A stretch of DNA of 64,000 nucleotides from contig CAVQKI010000001.1 in assembly GCA_963713145.1 (NCBI GenBank), forward strand, positions 26,479 to 90,478, given 5' to 3'. The notes under the pieces were generated by a model. It was not told the origin of the DNA and ran no database searches. It was given only the letters and a program-made list of their open reading frames with translations. A program made the position numbers and the translations under genes. Shown piece after piece: positions 54,849-62,851 of the stretch. The DNA comes from an uncultured Thermoplasmata archaeon (GTDB lineage Archaea; Thermoplasmatota; Thermoplasmata; Lutacidiplasmatales; UBA184). Each line of letters begins with the position of its first letter. Position 1 is the stretch's first letter.

Positions 54849-56351
54849 ATGGCGTCACGGGACCTCTCGATGTTCATCGGTGGGGAGTGGGAGGCGGCCG
54901 CCTCCGGGGCGGCCACGACGATCGTGAGCCCCTTCGACGGCGCCGCTCTCGGCACCGTGCCGAAAGGGGGTCGCGAGGACGCACGACGGGCAATCGACGC
55001 GGCTCGCGAGTCGTTCGATTCGGGGCCCTGGCCCCGGCTTCCCCCACGCGCTCGAGGCGAGGTGTTCCTGAAGGTTGCCCAGCTCCTGACGCAACGGCTC
55101 TCGGAGCTCGCGGAACTGGAGAGCCGGAACCAAGGGAAGACCATCAAGCAGGCCGCGGATGCGGACCTACCCTTCAGCATCGACAATCTGGTATTCTACG
55201 CGGGCGCGGGACGCACGCTCGAAGGCCGGAGTCCGGGCGAGTTCACGGGGGATGGGACGACGATATTCCGCCGGGAACCCGTCGGAGTCGTCGCCTCGAT
55301 CACCCCCTGGAACTACCCTATCATGATGGCCGTCTGGAAGATCGCTCCCGCGCTGGTCGTCGGGAACACGGTCGTCCTCAAGCCTGCGAGCTGGACGCCG
55401 CTCACCAGCCTCGAGCTCGGCCGTGCCTTTCAAGACGCAGGACTTCCCGCCGGCGCCTTGAACGTGGTGACCGGGCCCGGTGCCGAGGTCGGGGACGAGC
55501 TGACGCGCAACCCCAAGGTCGACATGGTTTCGTTAACCGGCGACACTGCGACCGGCCGCAAGATCATGGAGTCGGCGAGCGGAACCGTGAAGCGGGTCCA
55601 GCTCGAGCTCGGCGGAAAGGCACCGTTTGTCGTCTTTGCCGATGCGGACATCGCGGCCGCCGTGGAAGGCGCGATCGTCGGAGGGTTCGTCAACGGCGGG
55701 CAGGACTGCACCGCGGCGACCCGCCTGATCGTTCACCAGAAGATCCGGACCCGGTTCGTGGAGAAGCTTCTGAAGAAGGTACGGACCATCCGGATCGGCG
55801 ACCCGCTCTCGCGCCAGACCGACCTGGGTCCGCTCGTGAGCCGAGTCCACCAGAAGAAGGTCTTGGGGTTCGTTGCCAAAGGGAAGAGCGAGGGCGCCCG
55901 GCTCCGTATCGGGGGGACGGATGGGGGCCGGGAGCGTCGGGCGGGCGCCTTTGTCCTGCCCACCGTGTTCGACTCGGTCGCTCCGGACATGGCGATCGCC
56001 CAGCGGGAGATCTTCGGCCCGGTCCTTGACGTTCTCGAGTTCTCCACGTTCGACGAGGCGATGGAGATCGCCAACGGGGTCGATTACGGCCTCGCGGGAA
56101 GCGTCTGGACGAGGGACGTGCGGAACGCGATCCGAGCGGCCCACGCTCTTCGGTTCGGGGACGTATGGGTCAACGACCACCTGCCACTCGGTTCGGAGAC
56201 CCCGCACGGCGGCGTCAAGCAGTCCGGGTTTGGAAAGGACCTCGGCGCGGACTCGCTCAACGACTACACTGTCGTGAAGAACATTTACGTCGACCTCACC
56301 GGCCAGGCCCGGAAGAGCTGGCATTACACCGTCTACGGGGATCCGGCCTAG
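54849..56351 (+). CDS. NAD(P)-dependent aldehyde dehydrogenase
   Basis: ATG at 54849 (MASRDLSMFIGGEW). Carries ITPWNYP, ELGGKAP, the GQDCTAATR catalytic Cys and EIFGPV. Confidence 0.9.
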   Translation: MASRDLSMFIGGEWEAAASGAATTIVSPFDGAALGTVPKGGREDARRAIDAARESFDSGPWPRLPPRARGEVFLKVAQLLTQRLSELAELESRNQGKTIKQAADADLPFSIDNLVFYAGAGRTLEGRSPGEFTGDGTTIFRREPVGVVASITPWNYPIMMAVWKIAPALVVGNTVVLKPASWTPLTSLELGRAFQDAGLPAGALNVVTGPGAEVGDELTRNPKVDMVSLTGDTATGRKIMESASGTVKRVQLELGGKAPFVVFADADIAAAVEGAIVGGFVNGGQDCTAATRLIVHQKIRTRFVEKLLKKVRTIRIGDPLSRQTDLGPLVSRVHQKKVLGFVAKGKSEGARLRIGGTDGGRERRAGAFVLPTVFDSVAPDMAIAQREIFGPVLDVLEFSTFDEAMEIANGVDYGLAGSVWTRDVRNAIRAAHALRFGDVWVNDHLPLGSETPHGGVKQSGFGKDLGADSLNDYTVVKNIYVDLTGQARKSWHYTVYGDPA

Positions 56352-56359
56352 GGACACCG

Positions 56360-57844
56360 GTGATCGAGGGGATACCGCCGGGCGGCCGGGGCGCCCTGTT
56401 CATCGGCGGGACCTGGAGGCCGCCCTCCAGTGGACGTTACGCCCCTGTGGTCGACCCGTCGACGGGAGTCGCGTTGGGCGAAGCACCCCTGGCGACCGTC
56501 GAGGACGCGCGGGCCGCGGCGGACAGCGCGGCGGAGAACGAGGAGCGCTGGGCGCGCGTGCCGGGGCACGAACGGGCTCGCATCCTCCGGGCTGCTGCGG
56601 ACCGCCTCGCGGCCGACCGCGAGACGATGGCACGACTGATCGCCTCGGAGGTCGGGAAGCCGATCGCCGACGCGCGGGTCGAGGTCGACCGGGCCGTAGG
56701 GGTCTACCGACTCGCGGCCGAGGAGATTCGCCAGCTGGGGGGCGAGAGCTTTCCGGCAGACGCCTACGAGCGGCCGGCAGGCAACGAGGACCCGTTCCTC
56801 TTCACGGTCCGGGACCCGATTGGTGTCGTCGTCGCGATCGGTCCGTTCAACTTCCCGCTGAACCTCCTCTCCCACAAGGTCGCGCCGGCCCTCGCGGCCG
56901 GCAATCCGGTCGTCGTCAAGCCGACCAGCGCCGCCCCGTTCACAGCCCTGCGGCTGGCCGAGCACCTCACGGCGGCAGGGATCCCGCCGGGCGTGCTCAA
57001 CGTGGTGGTCGGCCCGGGCGATCCCGTCGGGGACGCCCTCGTCGAGCACCCGGCGACCCGGCTCGTCTCGTTCACCGGGTCGACGTCCGTCGGAAAGCGG
57101 ATCGCCGAGCGCGCCGGCCGTCACGCGAAGAGGGTGATCCTTGAGATGGGCGGTCTCGATCCCCTGGTCGTCCTCGAGGACGCGCCGCTCGACGCCGTCG
57201 TGGCCGCGACGGTGCGGGGAACGTTCGGCTACTCCGGCCAGGTCTGCACAGCCTCGAAGCGCCTCCTCGTCCACGAATCGATCGCCGACGCGTTCGGCCG
57301 GGCCCTCGCGGAGCGCGCGCGCTCCCTCCGGGTCGGCCCGGCGCTCGACGAAGCGACCGAGGTCGGGCCCGTGATCGACGGCGCCTCCGTCGAGCGGCTG
57401 GAACGATTAGTCGAGGACGCCCGGGGACGCTCGGCGACCGTCATCGCGGGCGGCAGCCGGGTGTCGATCCAAGGCGGCAGCTTCTACGCCCCGACGGTGC
57501 TGGACCACGTTCCGGAGAACGCGCTGGTCGTCCGCGAGGAGCCGTTCGGCCCGATCGCCCCTATCCTGAGGTTCTCCGCCGTCGACGACGCGGTTCGCAT
57601 CGCGAACGCGACCCCGTACGGTCTCCAAGCCGCGGTCTACACCAAAGATCTCTCGCGCGGCCTTGCGCTCGCGAAGCGTATCCGCGCCGGAGGCGTGCAC
57701 CTCAACGACCCGACCAACCTGCGTTGGGACGCACTGCCGTTCGGCGGGGTCCGCGAGAGCGGACTCGGACGGGAGGGGCTGCGCTACGCCATGCAGGAGA
57801 TGACTGAGGTCAAGCTGATCTCGATCAACTACGCCGGATCGTAA
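56360..57844 (+). CDS. NAD(P)-dependent aldehyde dehydrogenase (second paralog; lactaldehyde/succinate-semialdehyde DH-like)
   Basis: GTG at 56360. Carries GPFNFPLN, EMGGLDP, the GQVCTASKR catalytic Cys and EPFGPI. Confidence 0.85.
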   Translation: MIEGIPPGGRGALFIGGTWRPPSSGRYAPVVDPSTGVALGEAPLATVEDARAAADSAAENEERWARVPGHERARILRAAADRLAADRETMARLIASEVGKPIADARVEVDRAVGVYRLAAEEIRQLGGESFPADAYERPAGNEDPFLFTVRDPIGVVVAIGPFNFPLNLLSHKVAPALAAGNPVVVKPTSAAPFTALRLAEHLTAAGIPPGVLNVVVGPGDPVGDALVEHPATRLVSFTGSTSVGKRIAERAGRHAKRVILEMGGLDPLVVLEDAPLDAVVAATVRGTFGYSGQVCTASKRLLVHESIADAFGRALAERARSLRVGPALDEATEVGPVIDGASVERLERLVEDARGRSATVIAGGSRVSIQGGSFYAPTVLDHVPENALVVREEPFGPIAPILRFSAVDDAVRIANATPYGLQAAVYTKDLSRGLALAKRIRAGGVHLNDPTNLRWDALPFGGVRESGLGREGLRYAMQEMTEVKLISINYAGS

Positions 57845-57859
57845 CGACCCGGCCGCCCC

Positions 57860-59362
57860 TTAGTCCGCGAGCGTGGGGCTAGGAACCGACGGGACTCGGG
57901 GAGGCGGCGCCGCGTGCTCCGGGGGGAGCAGGAGCTCGCGCGGGGTCGCGGGAGGGTGGGGTCCGACCGACCGAGCCGCCTCGGGCCCGGAATCCAGGCT
58001 TTCAATCGCGTCTTCGAAGGCCGCGAGGCCGCGCTCGAGGAGCTCGTCCTCGATCACGAGCGGGGCCATGAACCGCAGGACCTGGTCCCAGCTTCCCGAG
58101 GTGTGCATAAGGACCCCTCGGGCGAGCAGCGCCGAGCGCATCGCCTTCGCCCGATCGCCCCACGGCCGACGACTGGCGCGGTCGTGGACGAACTCGGTGC
58201 CGATCATGAACCCCTTGCCGCGGACGTTGCCGATCGTAGGGTGGCGTTCCGAGATCGCCTGAAGGCGCTCCATGATGCGGGGCCCGCGGTGCCGGGTCCG
58301 CTCGAGCAGGTCGCCCTCCTTGAGGATCCGGAGCGTCTCGGTCCCCACGGCCAGCGCGAGCGCGTTCCCCCGGTACGTGCCGAGGTGGAATCCGCGCGGA
58401 AGTTCCTTGACGAGGTCGGCACGATAGGCGACGACGGAAAGCGGGAGACCGCCGCTGATCGTCTTCGCGATGCAGAGGATGTCGGGCGTTACGCCCGAGT
58501 GCTCTACCGCCCACATCCGGCCGGTCCGGCGCAGCCCGGTCTGGACCTCGTCCGCGATGAGGAGGATCTCGTGGCGGTCGCAGAACTCGCGCAGGGACGG
58601 GAGGAAATCGTCGGGAGGGACCACGTAGCCCCCCTCGCCCAGGATCGGTTCGACGAGGACCGAGGAGATCGAGTCGACGCCCGAGTGCGGGTCGTTCACG
58701 AGGTGCTCGAGGTAGGCGATCGTGCCCGCAGCCCCCTGGTCGCCCCCGAGGACGGGGCGATACGGGTCGGGGTACGGGACCCGGACCACCGTGCCTCCGT
58801 GGAACGAGCTCGTCGGTGTGGTACCGCCGGCCGCTGGTGAGGTTGACCACACCCCCGTGGACCCCGTGGTAGGCGCCCGAGAACGCCACGGTGCCGTTCC
58901 TGCGCTGGGCGAAGTCCGCGAGGCTGACGGCGGTCTCGACCGCGTCCCCGCCGGTGACGGTGAAAAGGATCTTCGCGTGATGTTTGAGATTCCCCGGCAG
59001 GGCATTGTCGAGCTCCTGAAGGAATCGGACCCGCGCCTCGGTCGGAAGTTCGAGGGCGTGCCAGATCTGGCCCGCCTGAGCCGCCAGGGCGGCCATGAGC
59101 CGAGGGTGACAGTGCCCCAGGTTGAGGACCGAGATCCCTCCGACCCAATCGATGAACCGGTTGCCGTCGACGTCCTCGATCGTTGCACCCTGCGCGACCT
59201 TCGGGGCGATGGGGAAGTAGTGAGGGTAGGCGACCGCGTCCGTCTCGAGACGGGCCTGCTCCCCGAGCAGCTCCCGCGATCGGGGCCCCGGCGGTGGACG
59301 ACGATGCGCGGCGCATCGGGAAAGCTGAGCCAGTCGGACGTATGCGTCATCGACGTCAACAC
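57860..59362 (-). CDS. class-III aminotransferase (4-aminobutyrate / omega-amino acid type); two frame changes (about 59290, 58810)
   Basis: MTHTSDWLSFP... is followed by PGPRSRELL...DVDGNRFIDW...FTVTGGDAVE...AFSGAYHG (ORF 58002..59429 frame). Then PYPDPYR...LIADEVQTGLRRTG...IAKTISGG (ORF 57860..59362 frame). Confidence 0.8.
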   Translation of the reverse strand: MLTSMTHTSDWLSFPDAPRIVVHRRGPDRGSCSGSRPVSRRTRSPTLTTSPSPRRSRRVQRSRTSTATGSSIGSEGSRSSTWGTVTLGSWPPWRLRRARSGTPSNFRPRRGSDSFRSSTMPCRGISNITRRSFSPSPAGTRSRPPSASRTSPSAGTAPWRSRAPTTGSTGVWSTSPAAGGTTPTSSFHGGTVVRVPYPDPYRPVLGGDQGAAGTIAYLEHLVNDPHSGVDSISSVLVEPILGEGGYVVPPDDFLPSLREFCDRHEILLIADEVQTGLRRTGRMWAVEHSGVTPDILCIAKTISGGLPLSVVAYRADLVKELPRGFHLGTYRGNALALAVGTETLRILKEGDLLERTRHRGPRIMERLQAISERHPTIGNVRGKGFMIGTEFVHDRASRRPWGDRAKAMRSALLARGVLMHTSGSWDQVLRFMAPLVIEDELLERGLAAFEDAIESLDSGPEAARSVGPHPPATPRELLLPPEHAAPPPRVPSVPSPTLAD

Positions 59363-59477
59363 CAGAACCGACGAGGGGCCATATCAACCTGCCCGAGGAC
59401 TTTTCACGCTTGACGCGAGTCCCCGACAAGGTCGACCGGGCAACCGCCGCTCCGTGCGAGAGCGGAGGTTGGGCCCG

Positions 59478-59804
59478 TCAGCTCTGCTGGAGCCAGCCGG
59501 CCAGCGGCAGCAGGCTGCGATAGAGGGACGTGCCCGGCTCGGTCAACGCGTACGCCTTCACCGGCCCCCTCGGTCCCTCCGCACCCACCCGGTGAATCAG
59601 GCGAGCCCGTTCGAGCGAGCGCAATGTTGACGTCAGCGTGGCCGGGCTGACCCCCGAGAGACACTTCTGTATCGGCCCGAAGCGGACTGTGCCGTACTTC
59701 CCCAGGAGCGACACAACGCACACAGCCCACTTCTTCCCGACCACGTCGATCAGGCCGATCGGCGGACACGGACACTCGAGGTCACCCTCGCAGCACTGCG
59801 ACAC
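59478..59804 (-). CDS. HxlR-type winged-helix regulator with Cys-rich N-terminus (candidate arsenite/metal sensor)
   Basis: 108 aa. MSQCCEGDLECPCPP is followed by IGLIDVVGKKWAVCVVSLLGKYGTVRFGPIQKCLSGVSPATLTSTLRSLERARLIHR. It is divergent from arsM. Confidence 0.75.
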   Translation of the reverse strand: MSQCCEGDLECPCPPIGLIDVVGKKWAVCVVSLLGKYGTVRFGPIQKCLSGVSPATLTSTLRSLERARLIHRVGAEGPRGPVKAYALTEPGTSLYRSLLPLAGWLQQS

Positions 59805-59833
59805 TCTGTCCGTACGTAGCGTCGCCTTAAGAG

Positions 59834-59852
59834 CACTTCACATATTGAAGTG
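59834..59852. promoter_or_regulatory. inverted repeat CACTTCA-CATAT-TGAAGTG (candidate operator) in the regulator/arsM intergenic region
   Basis: Perfect 7-bp arms with a 5-nt A+T spacer, 18 nt upstream of the arsM ATG (59870). Confidence 0.5.
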
Positions 59853-59869
59853 AATGCGGTCTGCTGACC

Positions 59870-60693
59870 ATGAACGAGAATCGAAAGGTGGCCGTCTCCG
59901 ATGACGACAGACGAATCCAGGTTCGACGACGCTACGGGGGCATCGCCGCCGCGGGACGCCTCGACGCTTCCACCCCTGCCCCATCCTCCTGCTGCGGTAC
60001 GGGAGCCGCGTCTTCCTGCTGCGGCGACCCCGCTGTCACGATCCAACTGGGATACACGCCGGGACAGCTGGCGAGCCTTCCCGAGGGCGCTGACCTGGGA
60101 TTGGGGTGCGGCAACCCCACGGCCATCCTCGGCTTGAGGCCCGGTCAGGTCGTCCTCGATCTGGGGAGCGGCGCCGGCATCGATTGCTTTCTGGCCGCGA
60201 AGAAGGTCGGAGCGCGGGGCTCGGTCATTGGCGTCGACATGACCCCCGAGATGCTGACGAAGGCACGGGAGAACGCACGGAACGGAGGCTACAGGAACGT
60301 GGATTTCCGGCTCGGCGAGATCGAGCACCTTCCGGCCCCGACGCCTCCGTCGACGTGGTGATCTCGAACTGCGTCATCAATCTGGCCCCCGACAAGGGGA
60401 GGGTCTATCGAGAGGCGCACCGCGTCCTGCGGCCGGGCGGCCATCTGGCCGTTTCCGACGTGGTCGCCACGCGCCCTATCACGGCCAAGGAGCGTGCCGA
60501 CCCATCCCTCTGGTCTTCTTGCTCGTCGGGAGCACTCGCAGTGGGGACCGTGAAGTCGCTCCTGAAGCGCGCGGGGTTCGTCGACGTGAAGGTGAAGCTC
60601 CGGACCCCCGAGAAGGTCCCGGACTCCCTGAAGGGCCAGTTCGCCCTAGGGGTCGTTTCGGCAGACATCCAGGCAACGAAGCCCGAGGTGTGA
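59870..60693 (+). CDS. arsM: arsenite S-adenosylmethionine methyltransferase; frame change at CCCC 60336-60339
   Basis: Carries RRRYGGIA, Cys pairs [20 protein letters not shown] and [11 protein letters not shown] (motif I). After the shift: [11 protein letters not shown]...[11 protein letters not shown]. Confidence 0.8.
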
Positions 60694-60698
60694 ACGCC

Positions 60699-61148
60699 AT
60701 GCCCGAGAGGTACGTGCTCTTCGTTTGCGTGGAGAACTCCTGCCGGTCGCTGATGGCGGAGGCGATCTTCAACGCCGACCCTCCGGGAGGGTGGACCGCC
60801 AAGTCCGCCGGTACCACACCGGCCGCGGCCCCGAATCCCCGGACCGGCCCGATGCTGGCAGAGATTGGGCTTACCCTGCCCCCACACCCCCCGCGGCTTC
60901 TCTCGACGGAACTGATGGACGAGGCGCGCGTGCGAGTTACGATGGGGTGCCTGGATGACGCCAGCTGCCCTGCCCGCCTGAAGTCGCTGGAACTTCGGGA
61001 CTGGGCTCTGCCGGACCCGGCCAAGCTGGACGACGAAGGATTCCGACGGGTCCGAGACCGGATCCGGTCCTCGGTGCGCGGTCTGCGAACGGAGATCGCG
61101 CTCCAGGAACGGCGGGCGGCCGATCTGGTGCAGAGCACTCGGCATTGA
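60699..61148 (+). CDS. arsC: arsenate reductase, LMW-PTPase family
   Basis: ATG at 60699. VLFVCVENSCRSLMAEA (CX5R P-loop). About 150 aa. Confidence 0.85.
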   Translation: MPERYVLFVCVENSCRSLMAEAIFNADPPGGWTAKSAGTTPAAAPNPRTGPMLAEIGLTLPPHPPRLLSTELMDEARVRVTMGCLDDASCPARLKSLELRDWALPDPAKLDDEGFRRVRDRIRSSVRGLRTEIALQERRAADLVQSTRH

Positions 61149-61939
61149 TCGGCTCGATCGCTAGCCGCGCGGCGGGCGAGGCGGCAGGGACCGCCCTTCT
61201 CGTTGGGATTGGAACCGGGACGATCGTCGCCGCCGCCCGTCTCGGGGGAATCCCGCAGTGGGAGATGGCGCTCGCCTGGTTCCTGGCGGTCCTGATCCCG
61301 ATTCTTTTCTTCATCCAGCTTTCCGGCGCCCATCTCAATCCCGTCGTCACCCTGGCCCTTGCGGTCAGCGGTCGGATCGCGTGGCGCGAGGTCCCGCCAT
61401 ACCTCGTCGGTCAGTTCTCGGGGGCTCTGCTCGCGAGCGAGGTCGTCCTAGTCGCTCTGGGCAACCATGCCCATCTGGGAGCGACCGTGCCAACAGGAGG
61501 TGATGCCCTGCGAGCCTTCCCGCTCGAGGCTGTCTTCACGGCCGGCCTCGTCGTGGCCGTGTTCGTCCTAGCGGACCTCGGAGAGGGCTTCCGCCGCTGG
61601 CGGATCCTCCTTCCTCCCGCGGTCGTGGGGCTCTCGACCTTCCTGATCGGGCCGTGGACGGGAAGCTCGCTCAATCCGGCGCGGACGCTGGCGCCGGCGA
61701 TCCTCTCGGGGACGTACACCGACCTCTGGGTCTACCTGACCGCCGTCCCGCTCGGCGCCCTGGTCGTGGCCGTGCTGTGGAGACCGAAGGCCGTGGACCG
61801 GCTGGACCGGGGCCCGGCCGCCTCGAAACGTCGAGATAGAACCTCGGGCCTGCCAAGCCGCGGACCCGCCGGAAGGCATCGGAGTCCCGCTCAAGGGACA
61901 CCCGGAACGTCCCCAATCCCGCGTGGCCCGAGGGATTAA
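61145..61939 (+). CDS. MIP-family channel (aquaglyceroporin-like, probable As(III) conduit)
   Basis: Two NPx boxes (HLNPVVTLA and SLNPARTLAP) and six hydrophobic segments. The last ~50 aa are a basic/Pro-rich tail and may be read-through. Confidence 0.85.
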   Translation: MIGSIASRAAGEAAGTALLVGIGTGTIVAAARLGGIPQWEMALAWFLAVLIPILFFIQLSGAHLNPVVTLALAVSGRIAWREVPPYLVGQFSGALLASEVVLVALGNHAHLGATVPTGGDALRAFPLEAVFTAGLVVAVFVLADLGEGFRRWRILLPPAVVGLSTFLIGPWTGSSLNPARTLAPAILSGTYTDLWVYLTAVPLGALVVAVLWRPKAVDRLDRGPAASKRRDRTSGLPSRGPAGRHRSPAQGTPGTSPIPRGPRD

Positions 61940-62843
61940 GCGCGGGGGAGAGTTCGCGGCTACCGTGGGAGACCCTCCCCTCCGCACCGGACGTGTCGAT
62001 TCGCACATCCACCTGAGCCGCTGGTGGCCGCGCATCGCGGAGACGGCCTATCGGCCGGGCCTCGATTACTCGGTCGCCGGGCTCCTGCAAGAGATGGACC
62101 GGGATGGCATCGAGTTCGCGCTGGCCATCCAGCTCTTCCAGGCGCCGTCGTGCAAGGACGCGCTCGCCGAGGGCCGCGGCTCGTTCATCGCGAGCGGAGG
62201 ACGCCTCCTGCCGGTGGCGACCCTCGACCCTACCCGAGGCGGACCGGCGATGACCGAGGACCTCGAGGCGATCGACTCCGAGCCCGAGATCGCCGCGATC
62301 AAGCTCTTTCCGGGATACCTCTCCTTCTACCCTGCCGACCCCCGACTCGACCCGATCTATGAGTACGCCAAGGAGCGGGGATTACCGGTCCTGTTCCACC
62401 AGGGCGACACGCTCGAGGGGCGCGGGCTCCTCAAGTTCGCGAGGCCGGTGGAGGTCGACGAGGTCGCCGGGCGTTTCCGGGACGTGCGGTTCGTGCTCTG
62501 CCACCTCGGAAACCCGTGGATCGAGGAGGCCGCGGAGGTGGTGTACAAGAACCCGAACGTCTACGCGGACACCTCCGGCCTCCTAGGCCCCCCGTCCGCC
62601 CCCTACTTCGCCCGCTCCCTCGAGCTGTGCCGCGAACGGCTGAAGGACGTCATCCTCACGATCGGCTCGCCGGAGCGGATCCTCTACGGGTCCGACTGGC
62701 CCCTCGAGGAGCTCCGCACAGCGGTCGACCTCATCGACCGGCTCGACTTTTCCGACAAGGACAGGGCCGCCATCCTGGGAGGCAACGCACGCCATCTCTT
62801 CGGCCTCCCCGAAAAGCGGGGCCCGGTCGCCGTCCCCCCGTGA
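61923..62843 (+). CDS. amidohydrolase-2 (TIM-barrel metal hydrolase/decarboxylase) family protein
   Basis: Carries VDSHIHLS, VLFHQGD, LCHLGNPW and YGSDWP. The start is uncertain (GTG 61923, or GTG at about 61962). Confidence 0.7.
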   Translation: MARGIKRGGEFAATVGDPPLRTGRVDSHIHLSRWWPRIAETAYRPGLDYSVAGLLQEMDRDGIEFALAIQLFQAPSCKDALAEGRGSFIASGGRLLPVATLDPTRGGPAMTEDLEAIDSEPEIAAIKLFPGYLSFYPADPRLDPIYEYAKERGLPVLFHQGDTLEGRGLLKFARPVEVDEVAGRFRDVRFVLCHLGNPWIEEAAEVVYKNPNVYADTSGLLGPPSAPYFARSLELCRERLKDVILTIGSPERILYGSDWPLEELRTAVDLIDRLDFSDKDRAAILGGNARHLFGLPEKRGPVAVPP

Positions 62844-62851
62844 GGGTCGCG

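Noticed and set aside
7474-60693. Programmed ribosomal frameshifting as an explanation for the split genes
   Set aside because: There are too many events, in unrelated genes, with up to three per gene. I saw no shared slippery heptamer or downstream structure. The junctions coincide with simple G/C runs of 3-5 nt.
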